DNA of 64,000 nucleotides, taken from the NCBI RefSeq assembly GCF_039654945.1, contig NW_027361737.1, positions 5,642,001-5,706,000 of the forward strand, given 5' to 3'. The notes under the pieces were generated by a model that made no database searches, had not been told where the DNA came from, and saw only the letters and a program-made list of their open reading frames with translations. Origin of the DNA: Dendrobates tinctorius (taxonomy: Eukaryota). The position numbers and the translations under genes are program-made. Every line of letters starts with the position of its first letter. Position 1 is the stretch's first letter. Shown here one piece after another: positions 38,872 to 50,664 of this stretch.

Positions 38872-41076
38872 CCCTTAGCGACAGCTGATACGCCTTTTAA
38901 CGGCGGTATTTAACTGTACTAAAACCCCAGCGCCGCTAATTCACGGCGCTGTGGAGAAAGTGAATAGCGCCCCCAGTGTCGGATTTTCTCCAGGGTCTCG
39001 GTTGCCGGGGGTAGCCGAGACCCCAGAGAACAAGAATCGGTTGTTTTTTTACCGACCCCGCTTTTGCGATCGCCGTTATTAACCCTATAAGCCACGATTG
39101 TGCATTAAATTTCTCTTTCCTGTGATGTGATCGCATATCAGAGGAGAGAGAAAGAGGGTCCCTGATCCCTCCCGTTACCTCTCCGTGGTCCTCTGTCCCC
39201 TCCTGGTGGTCCCGCGTCCCGCCGGCATCCTCCGGTGGGCGCCGCCATCTTGGATCCGGAGAAAATGGCGGGCACAAGCGCAGTGCGCCCGCCAGGAATC
39301 TGCAGGCTCCGGCTGGCAGATTCCATTCATTCATTTTAATCACAATGATAAATTATCATCGTGATCAAAATAAACAAAATAGTACATAATCCCCCCGTTT
39401 ATCACCCCCTTAGTTAGGCCAACATAACAAAATATAGAAAATATTTTTTTTTTCAGTTTTCCATTAGGGTTAGGGCTAGGGTAAGGGCTAGGGTTAGGGC
39501 TAGGGTTAGCGTTGGACTAGGGTTAGGGTTAGGGCGAACTAGAATTAGGGTTAGAATTAGGATTAGGGATTAGGGTTGGGATTAGGGTTAGGGGTGTGTT
39601 TGGGTTAGGGTTGGAGCAAGAATTGAGGGGTTTCCACTATTTACCAACTTTGGGGGTCTAAAAAAATCACTTTTGTGGAAATAAAAAAGACTTTATTTTC
39701 ACGGCTCTGCGTTTATAAACTTCTGTGAAGCACTTGAAGGTTCAAAGTGCTCACCACACATCTAGATAAGTTCCTTAATGGCTCTAGTTTCCAAAATGTG
39801 GTCACTTGTTGGAGGTTTCCACTGTTTAGGCCCATCAGGGGCTCTGCAAACGCAACATAATGCCCGCAGACCATTCCATCAAAGTCTGCATTCCAAAATG
39901 GCACTCCTTCCCTTCCAAGCTTTCCCATGCGCCCAAACAGTGGTTCCCCCCCACATAAGGGGTATCAGCGCACTCAGGACAAATCGCACAATAACTGTGG
40001 GGGTATGATTTCTCCTGTTACCCTTGTAAAAAAAAATTGGGGGGCAAAAAGATCATTTTTGTGGAAAAAAAAATGGATTTCTTATTTTCACGGCTCTACG
40101 TTATAAACTTCTGTGAAGCACTTGAAGGTTCAAAGTGCTCACCACACATCGATATAAGTTCCTTAATGGGTCTAGTTTCCAAAATGGGGTCACTTGTTGG
40201 AGGTTTCCACTGTTTAGGCACATTAAGGGCTCTCCGAACGCAACATGGCATCCGATCTCAATTCCAGCCAATTCTGCATTGAAAAAGTCAAACGGCGCTC
40301 CATCCCTTGTGAGTTCTGCCGTGTGCTGAAAAAGTGGTTTACCCCCACATATGGGGTATCAGCGTATTCAGTAGAAAATGTACAACAAATTTTGTGGTTG
40401 ATTTTCTCTTTTAACATTAGTGAAAATAAAAAAATTGGTTCTGAAGTAAATTTTTTGCAAAAAAAGTTAAATGTTAATTTTTTCCTTCCACATTGCTTTA
40501 GTTCCTGTGAAGCACTTAAAGGGTTAATACATTTCTTGAATGTGGTTTTGAGCACCTTGAGGGGTCTAGTTTTTAGAATGGTGCCACTTTTGGGTATTTT
40601 CTGTCATGTACACCCCTCAAAATGACTTTAAATATGATGTGGTCCCTAAAAAAAATGGTTTTGTAAATTTTGTTGTAAAAATGAGAAATCGCTGGTCAAC
40701 TTTTAACCCTTATAACTTCCTAACAAAAAAATTTTGCTTCCAAAATTGTGGTGATGTAAAGTAGACATGTGGGAAATGTTATTTATTAAGAAATTCGTGC
40801 GACACATCTCTGATTTAAGGGCATAAAAATTTAAAGTTTTAAAATTGCAAAATTTTCTAAATTTTCGCCATGTTTCCGTTTTTTTCATAAATAAACACAA
40901 GACTTATCGAAGAAATTTTACCACTAACATGAAGTACAATATGTCACGAAAAAACAATCTCAGAATCAGCAGGATCCATTAAAGCGTTCCAGAGTTATAA
41001 CCTCATAAAGGGACAGTGGTCAGAATTGTAAAAATTGACCTGGTCATTAAGCTGCAAACTGGCTGTCGCTAAGGGG
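38872..41076. mobile_element. Non-autonomous piggyBac-like element
   Basis: TIRs CCCTTAGCGACAGC / GCTGTCGCTAAGGG with degenerate TTAA flanks; internal ~365-bp duplication. Confidence 0.7.
39464..39615 (+). repeat. Degenerate telomere-like (TTAGGG)n array
   Basis: TTAGGG, CTAGGG and TTAGAA hexamers. Confidence 0.85.
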
Positions 41077-44000
41077 ATAATGAGCCTCCCAATAATAAGA
41101 AGTTGATAATTATGGATCATGTAAACAAAAACAAACAATGATATGAAGCACTTCCTCATAAAAATTGTAATACTGATTTTATACATGAATCCAACTCCAG
41201 ACTTTACGTGCCTCTACGTAACTACGTAACACATACTAACAATGCTACTGTATACATAGCTTCTAGAGATGGGAATATCTGTTTAATCTATCGCCTATCA
41301 AAAAAATTGGTGATTTCTTGCTGATCTTTGGGGATTCAACCTCACCATCAATCCAAGAACTGGTCTTTGTAGTGTCTTGTTGGCTTTAAAAAGTATAAAA
41401 GCTATTGTATCTCCAGTAGTCCATACAGAATGAATAAAGCTGTGGTGCACATGATTGACCACCATTCCATTCAGACGGGGCTCTGCAGAGCATATTCTTA
41501 GGATTTGTGAGTGTCCCAATGATTAGACCTCCTTGGATCAGCAAGTTTTCACCATTCCCATGGACCTTTTAAAATGATCTTGACAGCAGATTCATTCTAC
41601 TCAAACGAACAACAGGCAACATCAATTAAACCTTGGCTGCATAGTGTTTTACTCTGAAATGCTGTAGACAGCCGGGGACCATGTATCTCTGGTGACTAGT
41701 CCAAGGAGCAGGTCTCCAGCTTCTTCTGGTCCTGCTCCCATAGATTGACATGTCTCTTGCTATACACTTGGGGTGAACAATATTGTTGGTCTAAGGGCCA
41801 TATTGTCACACTGAACCAATCCAGGGGTCGCACTAAGAATAAAAGAGAGTGTTACTTTCTGTGACCTTTATGGCATATCAATAGTGTATAACATAAATTC
41901 TACTTACAGGTCTTTTACCTCCACCAGTAAGCGCTCTATGACTGTGCGCCTATAGAGATGGGCGAACCCGAACAGTAAAGTTCGGTGTCTATATCAAATA
42001 CCTACTGTTCGGGCACGGACATTGATCATGGACTTCACCAGGAAGTGTTTGTCACACTGTCATGTGCATGACAGCGCAGCAAACACAGCTTCTGATCGGC
42101 GGTGAAACCATTCCCGCCGGTCGGAGAGCTGCGGTTACCATTCTGTCAAAAGATAGCATGAGCGCTTCAGCTGTGATCAGAGGTATAAAGTTTACCTCCG
42201 GTCACTGGTGTCAGCGGATGGGACTACTGCTCCCATCATCTGACACCTGCTGCCGCTAATAACAGCAAGTGCAGGACCAGCTGATGGGTGTATTCATTAG
42301 CCGGGTCCTTCGCTGTAAATAATTTTTTTTTTAAATGGCGTGGGTTCCGCTGTATTTTTGATAACCAGCCAGGCAAAACTCACAGCTGTCAGCTTCAACA
42401 AGGCTGGTTATCAAGAATAAAGTGGTCCCCACGCTGTTTTTTAAAAATTATTTAAATAGTTTTAAAAAACGGCGTGGTGTCCCTCCCATTTTTGACAACC
42501 AGCCTTGCTAAAGCAGACAGCTGGGGCTGGTATTCTCAGGCTGGTAAGGGGCAATGGATATTGGCCCCCCAGCCTAAAAATAGCAGCCCGCAGCTGCCCA
42601 GAAAAGGCACATCTATTAGATGTGCCAATTCTGGCACCTTGCCCTGCTCTTCCCAATTGCCCTGTAGTGGTGGCAAGTGGGGTTAATATTTGTGGAGTTG
42701 ATGTCACCTTTGCATTGTCAGGTGACATCAAGCCATAGGTTTAGCAATGGAGAGGCGTCTATAAGACACCTATCCATTACTTATCCTGTAGTGGTATGGT
42801 AAATAAAGACACAACCAGAATAAAGTCCTTTATTAGAAATAAAACAAAACACAGTTTTACTTTTTTATTTAAAAATAACAAACACAGTTGTACTCACCTA
42901 ATGCCTAATTCCACCACCGAAGCCTTTGTTCTCCTGTAATAAGCCCAAAATAAAAAAACAACAATATCCCTCACCTATCCATCATTTTGTCCCATGCCGT
43001 AATCCATGTCTGGAGGATAAACAGTTTTCAACCTAGACGGTGCCAAGATGCGAACGTCTAGGCTGAGAACCACTGGTGACTGAACTGCTGTGAGAGCAGC
43101 CTCAGTGACCGGCAGTGACATCATGGAGGTTACTGCAGGTCACTGAGACTGCGTTCCCTGCTAGGCTGAACTGCCATGACCTCGGTGAGATCCCTGCTAG
43201 CACCATGAGAGTTTTTCTCACGGTGCTAGCGGGGATCTCACCGAGGTCACGGCGGGAAAGTTTTTGTTGAGCTTTTGACGCTGCCTATTGTCTCTGCATC
43301 AAAAATGGGGCATCTTAGGGTATATTCACACGTCGAGTATTTGGATGCAGAAAATTCGGCACCATTTCTGCATCTCTTGGAAGGAAAAACGCAATAGACA
43401 ATGCATGCATTACGTTTTTCACCTGAGTTTTTGTTCAGCATTGATGGCTTTTTGTAGCTTAAAGCTAGTTAAAAAAAAGGAAAAAAATCTTACATAAGAA
43501 GATAGATAGATAAAGAGATAGATAGATAGATAAGTAGCAAAAAAACAGGGAAACAGCACATGAAGTAAAAAAAAGTGAACTTTAATGCCCAGTGGCTTGG
43601 CAGCGCTACGTTTTCATCCCCGTATTTTTGTTACTTATCCTGCTATGCCAATTGAACACTGGTTGGGGAAGTGTGCACTTTAATAAGGTATTGCTTTGGT
43701 GCCGTTCCATTTTTTTCTTGATAGATAGATATCCCGCAGACATATAATTTCGTAACCCCATGACACATTAGTACCAGGAGTGTGGAACTTATTGTGCATC
43801 TATTAACCTAATAAATAAATGAAAAAAACTATGTGGTTCCTCCCATTTTTTTGGGGCCAAAAAAGGTAAAGCAGACAGCCCGCAGCTGCCCTAGATGTGG
43901 AGCATTACATTAGATGCACCAATTCTGACGCTTCGCCTTCGCTCTTTCCGATTGCTCTGATGCGTTGGCAATCAGGGTAATGGGGCTTGGGGTTGATGTC

Positions 44001-45416
44001 AGCTGTAAATTGGCCAAAAACATAGGAAAAGTAAAGGGATCAGGCATGCTGCTGGGCAACCCAATAGTATACACATCTTCTCTCCATCCATAATTCAAAA
44101 TATTTATTAGCTAAGTCTACGTAAAAGTGTAAGTTGGTTACTTGAATGCAACAGAGCAGATAATAAGGAGACAGTGGTACTTAACCAACACTATTTATTT
44201 GACTAACGTAAAAAGTAAAATCTATTTCTAAGTGTGTGTGTATATATATATATATGCAAGTAATCATTATTTTGCTGGTAACAGTAACAGGGTCAATACA
44301 GTATATTATGACACAGCAATGCGACTAAATACAATATCTATGCAATGTTCTATTGCATACACCGTTCTTGTTATCTAGCAGTTTAAAAGAGAAAAAAGGA
44401 ATAGGCCACAAACAGGGGATCACCCAAAGCAGGGAATAGCTTAAAATAAATCAAGTTTTATTGGACACAAGAAGACAAGTACAAAACATTTAAAAACATT
44501 AAAAATAGTCACGCATGTGACATATGAACAGATAGCGCTAGGCTCATAATAGGGCCAACCACCTGAAGCTGAACACTCCACACTATAATGGTTTTAAATA
44601 CACACCCATGTTCCATATAAACAGCATACCATGATGTGCTGGGCATAAAGCATCTACGGAATAAACTCAGTGCCTATACAGAAAATGAGAAATAAATTCC
44701 TACGTAAATATATGTGCATTGAATGTTGGTTCAAACCTCTATATAGCAAAGCTCATATTGGTAGCTTGGGGTCACTGCACAACAGGGGACATGTAAAGTA
44801 TAACCACATAGAAATATTTAGAAATAAACATGTTACCAAGGGCAGCTTACCCATATACAATGCATAGGTTGCAGAAAATCATAGGCTTAAATAGCCAACC
44901 TATAATTAAGAGAGTCCTGAAAGACAGACATTAGACACTGTAGCGCACAATGTGGCCTAGCAATTATGGGCACATGAGGATAAGGTATGGGCTAAAATAG
45001 CCACCTGAGAAAAATAATAACACAGATTAGCGTTATCCGTGAAAGGAGCCTGTGTGGAGTGGAGCCAGGCAGAACAGGGACCCGACGCGTATCACCACCC
45101 TAAATGACTGTTAATGCCTTTGTGTCTCAACTTCACAGGCTTTGCTCTCAGTACTAGGCCCGTCCCCATTGTAGTCTCTAAAAAGACCTCTAATTGTTTC
45201 ATTGGCCCTAGCGGAAGTCACAGGTATTACCTGTTAGACCGCAAGTCCTAGATATGCGAGTCACTGGGTATACAGTGTGCTCGTCGCACTGGCCATCTTC
45301 ACTCCCTGAAGCATGGCCACAGCCCACACCCTGTACCGTATGTCTATGCTGGAAGTAACGGCCCACAGGAATGGTCCTCTGCTACAGCTGGATCGTCTCC
45401 CGAGCCTGTTTCAGAT

Positions 45417-45510
45417 CATAGAATCATAGAATCGTAGAGTTGGAAGGGACCTCCTGGGCCATCTGGTCCAACCCCCTGCTCAAAGCAGGATTCGCTAAAT
45501 CATCCCAGTC
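45417..45510 (-). mobile_element. CR1 3'-end fragment
   Basis: CATAGAATCATAGAATC tail; reverse complement of the CR1 end at ~12870-12940. Confidence 0.7.
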
Positions 45511-46521
45511 AGATGTCTGGTCACGATCTTCTGCTGGCGCTGCTTACGGAACCTCTACTGTCGCAGGATATGAATCTTTTACTGGCACTGTGTTTACAGA
45601 TATTCTACTGGTACTGCTTATGGATCTTCTACTGACACGGGGTATGAATCTTCCGCAAAGCTCAGGCCTTCTCTGGCATCTGATCGCTATGGAAACTTCT
45701 GTGGTGATGGCGGTTGTCAGCCCACCTAGCAGCCAGGTGACCTGTCCTGGTACAGGATCTGGTCCCAACTGCCTCTTCTTGGCCCAGCCAGGCCTTTTAT
45801 GATTAGTAACTGTGACACAGGAGTCACCTTCCTGGTGTTGTCATCACACTCTACCTGCGAGAGCATAGGTTCCCACTATTAGGTTCCTACTACTGTAATT
45901 CTTCCTTTACTTTCACTTTTGCCTTGACCAGCAAATGACGGTGTTTTCTTGCAGTTACTCAGCTAGGCAACAACACTACTCATCTTCTCTCTTGTCCACT
46001 TCCTTACAAAAGTAGGCCCTAGAGCAACTGATATCCCTGCTGCATCGGTAGTTATGGCTAAATGTGGGAGGTGCTTTTTTGCCACAATATGCTTACTACT
46101 AGTGATGAGCAAGTTTACTCGTTACTCGAGATTCCCTGAGCATGCTCGGATAATCTCCGAGTATTTGGATGTGCTCGGAGACTTAGTTTCTGTCGCCGTA
46201 GCTGCATGATTTGCGGCTGCTAGACAACCTGAATACATGTTGGGATTTCCAAACAAACAGGCAATCCCCATGTCTTTTTACATCAATTAAGGAATTTCCT
46301 TTTAAAACCGTGTGGGGGCATCACAACACAGAACTAGACCCCAATCAGAGGACCATAAAACATCCGGACTCCTTATCTATGAACTGGTCCAATGTTTATA
46401 TTTATGTTTCTCCCTCTCCCATATTGATAGTTCTGCTTCACGTCACTTGTCTTATCTATTGCATTTTTTCTAGGCTGTATTGTGCATAAATATGTGACTC
46501 TTCAGATTTTGTATTAGTCTA

Positions 46522-46558
46522 GCCTGATGAAGAGACCTGAGTAGTCTCGAAAGCTTGC
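46522..46558 (+). ncRNA. Hammerhead-like motif, probably a Penelope remnant
   Basis: CTGATGA-A-GAGAC CTGAGTA GTCTC-GAAA-GCTT; canonical core and 5-bp stem II, but weak stems I and III. Confidence 0.5.
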
Positions 46559-46858
46559 AATGTGTTACCATCTTTTCAGTTAGCCATTAAAAGGTATCAA
46601 CTACTGAGGACTCTCAATCCTGAATATTTTTCTATCTACTGGCTAACACGGTACAAAGATATACATCTTCCCTGTTTTACAGACAGAAACTCACAAGTGT
46701 GAAATGATTGTCAGGTCCATGTTGAATATTTTAATTTATTGATATTCAAGATAACATAAACTACCATTATCCAACAATCAAAAAAACAGAATCAACATCA
46801 TTGTTATTTGACTTTCATCAGAGAGTGAGAGAACAACCCCTCACATTGTCCAACCAAT

Positions 46859-47123
46859 AGTTAATCATTAGAAGAGGTAAAGGTAAGAGAAGGTTGTGTA
46901 TGTTGAAATTTTGGGCTGAAACATGGGAGGTATTTTAATATCTGTATCAGTGCGAGAAAGCCCGATCAGTGAAAGTATCCTGTTCCTCCAAGTAGAATAT
47001 TAACAGAGTACATAAGTCGTCATGGCAAAATTTAAGGTTGTCACATGTGTAATGTATTTAACGGAATTCCGTTGACTGTGGTCATACAAATGACTGGGTC
47101 ACTGTGAGATCACTTCGAGGGGA
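46859..47123 (+). promoter_or_regulatory. TM4SF4 copy B promoter: HNF1 sites (GTTAATCATTAG at 46860; GTAGAATATTAAC at 46992) and TACAAA at the TATA-equivalent position (47085)
   Basis: Match to HNF1 consensus; colinear motifs shared with the copy A promoter. Confidence 0.6.
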
Positions 47124-47204
47124 GCATCAGACCAGCCAGGATTATTCTAATACTTCTATCACAAGACACTCCAGTAACGAGAAGAACATTTCTCCATTGC
47201 CAGC

Positions 47205-47378
47205 ATGTGCTCTGGGGGTTGTGCAAAGTGTCTGGGCATTGCTCTGATTCCATTAGCTATCCTGTGTATTCTTGCAAACATCCTGCTGTTTTTTCCTGGA
47301 GGGAAGGTTGCAGAGAGCAATGGGCACATCTCAGATGAAGTCTGGTACTTTGGTGGAATATTGGGATCTGGGGTTCTG
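47205..47378 (+). CDS. TM4SF4: TM4SF4 copy B, coding exon 1 (174 nt)
   Basis: MCSGGCAKCLG...FFPGGKV...EVWYFGGILGSGVL|GTGAGT. Confidence 0.95.
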
Positions 47379-49071
47379 GTGAGTAATAGCTCTTTTGATA
47401 TTTAGAAATAAGTCCCATATTTATTTGTCTATGCTACCTTAAAGGGATTGTCTATGATACGTTAAAGATATTATCACCTATTCCCTAGCCAGCTGAATTC
47501 GTAGGGTCCAACTGCTGGGAACTCAACCGATTAGCTGAACAAGGCACTATTTTCCCCTTTCAAATGGAGCAGCAGCATGCATACTCGACAGCTGCTCCAA
47601 TCATTCTCATAGAAAATGAATGGAGTGACCATCGAGCATGCGCACTGCCAATCCATTCTAAACCGGTTCGTACAGGTCCCACCAGTCCGATCCACACAAT
47701 CGTCAAGTTATCACCGATATTATCAAACTTCTTTTCACCTGACAACTTTATTATGACCACAAATTATGTATACACATGTTTTGCTTCTGATCTAGTAGTC
47801 AGGTGCAAAATAGAAGTGACCAGCAACAATAATTTTTGTAATTAAAAAATAACATTTATTAGATAAAGAATAATAGATTAAAATTTCAGAAAAAGGTGTT
47901 GAAATAGGAGATACAGGAATAAATAATCAATATGTAGCAGTCTGGTATATAATGTTCATAAATTTATATTCCCCAAATCTTTTTATCAATCTTATAATTA
48001 AAAAAATAGCGGATTTTTAAAACAGCCCAAATTATGGTATAGAACATTCCAAAGCTAGGAATTGATTTCAATTATTTTTAAGTAAAGCACTTTCACACTT
48101 AAATATGTAAATATATGCACATTAATCTCTCACTAGAAGGTCGGTGATTTTTTTTTTGTATTATATATTGTGAGGTAGCGCTGTCATTCAGGGTTGGGGG
48201 GACACTCGCTTGGCAGCGAATAAGTCACATCCAGCACGGGTTTTCATAAAGCAGTATAATCCATGCGGTTTATTTCAGCTTCATAAACCATCACAGCAAC
48301 AGAAAACAGCATACAGTCAGCATTGCCTCCATTACAGAGTCCAGCTCTGTTATCCTTGCATCACACAAGATGTGCACTGTTCAATGCGCAGGCTTTTTAG
48401 CCACCAAGTTATCTTACCCACGTCAGGGTTGCCTCGTGCTGTTTCACCATGCTGCACGTTTATTCCCTCCAGGGAACTAACAGGCACATATCGCCATTAC
48501 ACACAGCGTCCACATGTGCCGTCAGGCAGGAAGCCCTATGTCAGCGGGACCTTCCTCTCTGGACCAATCGGGTCCCTGCATTCACCCACATGTGACCAGA
48601 CCTCAGGTACCTTATATGGTCCATAACCACACCCACAGGTGATCACATGGCTATGACCTCACCCAAGGTCCTATTGCAGACAATCACACACACAGGCTTC
48701 CCTGACACATTGTAACAGAACGTACTAGTCAGCAGTACCTCTGCTGATCATTATGATCTTTCAGTATCCTACCCCTATCAGGGCAGTGGAAATGTTTATA
48801 CGGCTGTCCTGGGACACCCACACAGCACCCCCTAGTGGACACAGCGGTCACTGCACCACATACCTCCCCCCTATGTTCAAACCTGTGGGGTTGAACACAC
48901 AGCATAACCCCCGGCTCTTGAGACTGGGCACTCACTACACCTTGCCCACCAGGTCGAGAGAACGTCTCCATTTGTCATACGGCCTCATCTCTACGTTAGG
49001 CCTCCCCCGCTCCCAGCGGTCATAATACCGGTCATTGTCTTTGACCCCCCAGTCACGGTTTGTCTGCGTCA

Positions 49072-50664
49072 TCAGACACTCTCTAGTCTCCACCTGTCTG
49101 CAGTATGCTTCGTCACCTGATCTCTCACTGACCGTCTCTTTCGGTTGGTGCGGTCATAAGTCTTAGTAGAGTCTGCTGTCTGGTCTGAGTCTGACTCAGT
49201 CAGCGTCTCACAGGAAATATGGTCTTTCAACGTCATCCTGCCAGTCGAACTACCCCTTGCTGACACTCTTCTGCCATCTGCCCTGTCACTTCTTGGAGGA
49301 ACCGTTCGGGTCCTTACATCTTGGGTTGGAGGCGGCTGCCACCTGGTATTCTTTATTTCTTTATTAATTCGCCGACGGTCCAGCCTCAACTGCTCAATTT
49401 CTTGCAGGTACTCCACTTGATACTCCACGAGCATCCGAAATTCTCTCAGGCTTTCCACGGAGCCAACCACCATGATGGAAATCCTATCCACTTCCCTGGA
49501 TACCTGGTCATCATCAGGAGGGATCCTCACCCTCACCACACCGGAGATATTCACAAGGTCTTGCATTACCTTCCCGGACCTTCCAATGATTCTCCCAATC
49601 AGAGTTTTGGGTACCAGAACCACATCTTTCCTCAAACCCAACCGATCCATAGCCTCTCTTGCTATCTCTAGGCGTCGAGCAGCCTTCATATTACTCTGCC
49701 TAACCAATTGTTTGACACGTAGACACTGCAAATGCATCTCTTTCAGGACAGCTACTCGGTTTGATGTATCTTCCCTGGCTGATACTATCACCAGCTGCCG
49801 AGTCTCAGGTGCCCAGTGCACCTCACATGCTTTGACCGCCTCTTTGAAAGCCTCATGTACCCCTTCCTCCGCACAGGCTTCTTGCATGTTTTCGGGTACC
49901 TCGATCACAGATTTGAAGGTCGTGGTCTTGCTCTCTTCCTGGACAGAAGACTCTGGCTTTACCACGGACACTTCCCTCACTACAGTTGACCCGACCAGGT
50001 GACTGTCTTCTTCGGCTCTTTGCTCACCAACTTCAGGAGATTTTATCTCTTCACGAGCCTTTGCCAAGATAGGTACCGGCAGTTCCTTCTTGTTATCACT
50101 CGGACCCAGCTGCTGCACATCTCCGTCCAAGCTCTTCTCCCGCAGAAGACCTTCTACTACTCCTCTGAGTTCCTCAATCTCTTCCTTAAGGCTCTTGTTC
50201 ACACTTTGCCAGGTGGACAGGTGACCTCTGAGCTCCAAGACTTCTTTCTCGAGCCCCTCCACCTTGTGCTCGGCCAATTGTCTCAAGATTCTCTCTTGTT
50301 TGACATGTTCTTCCACTGTCTCTTTTATTAGTTGTATCTCCTGATCTTGTTCTCTTTTGGCCAGCACGTGTCGCACCACTAATTCTTTAACTATATCGTC
50401 AAAGGGCACCACTGAGTCAGTCCTATCAGTCGAGTGAACCCCCCGGTTACCCTCTGACTGTGTTTCTATTCCTGTTATCCTCTCGATCAGGTTACCACCA
50501 GTCCTGTCATGAGTTTCAGTCAGCACAGCATTAGATTCTGTCCTAGTGGTGGCCACTGGCAATAACACGTCACAGTCACACCACACCGTACGGTGAACCC
50601 CCAAGACACTCTCTATCCGTGTGTCAGCTCCGCTCTTTTTGTTTACCACACCATTCTCATTCAC
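49072..50664 (-). CDS. Chimeric coiled-coil + FXR1-derived KH0/KH2 RNA-binding protein (retroelement-borne, intronless)
   Basis: VPENMQEAC...HEAFKEAVKAC...PETRQLVIVSA...EMHL, VPKTLIGRIIGRSGKVMQDLVNISGVVRVRI, YLQEIEQLRLDR and SDQTAD...TNRKRRS align with FXR1; ORF opens at GTG and has no ATG until residue 260. Confidence 0.85.
   Translation of the reverse strand: MNENGVVNKKSGADTRIESVLGVHRTVWCDCDVLLPVATTRTESNAVLTETHDRTGGNLIERITGIETQSEGNRGVHSTDRTDSVVPFDDIVKELVVRHVLAKREQDQEIQLIKETVEEHVKQERILRQLAEHKVEGLEKEVLELRGHLSTWQSVNKSLKEEIEELRGVVEGLLREKSLDGDVQQLGPSDNKKELPVPILAKAREEIKSPEVGEQRAEEDSHLVGSTVVREVSVVKPESSVQEESKTTTFKSVIEVPENMQEACAEEGVHEAFKEAVKACEVHWAPETRQLVIVSAREDTSNRVAVLKEMHLQCLRVKQLVRQSNMKAARRLEIAREAMDRLGLRKDVVLVPKTLIGRIIGRSGKVMQDLVNISGVVRVRIPPDDDQVSREVDRISIMVVGSVESLREFRMLVEYQVEYLQEIEQLRLDRRRINKEIKNTRWQPPPTQDVRTRTVPPRSDRADGRRVSARGSSTGRMTLKDHISCETLTESDSDQTADSTKTYDRTNRKRRSVRDQVTKHTADRWRLESV

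Noticed and set aside
39464-39615. True telomere or chromosome fusion site
   Set aside because: Short, degenerate, single orientation and inside a TIR element.
48210-48626. 138-aa ORF duplicated at 52468-52884
   Set aside because: Lies within the two LTRs, antisense to the element, has a non-ATG start and no recognisable domain.
49072-50664. The genuine host FXR1/FMR1 gene
   Set aside because: Intronless, lacks Agenet, KH1 and RGG, strongly diverged, and enclosed by LTRs with a TSD inside another gene's intron; it is a captured derivative, so no gene symbol is given.
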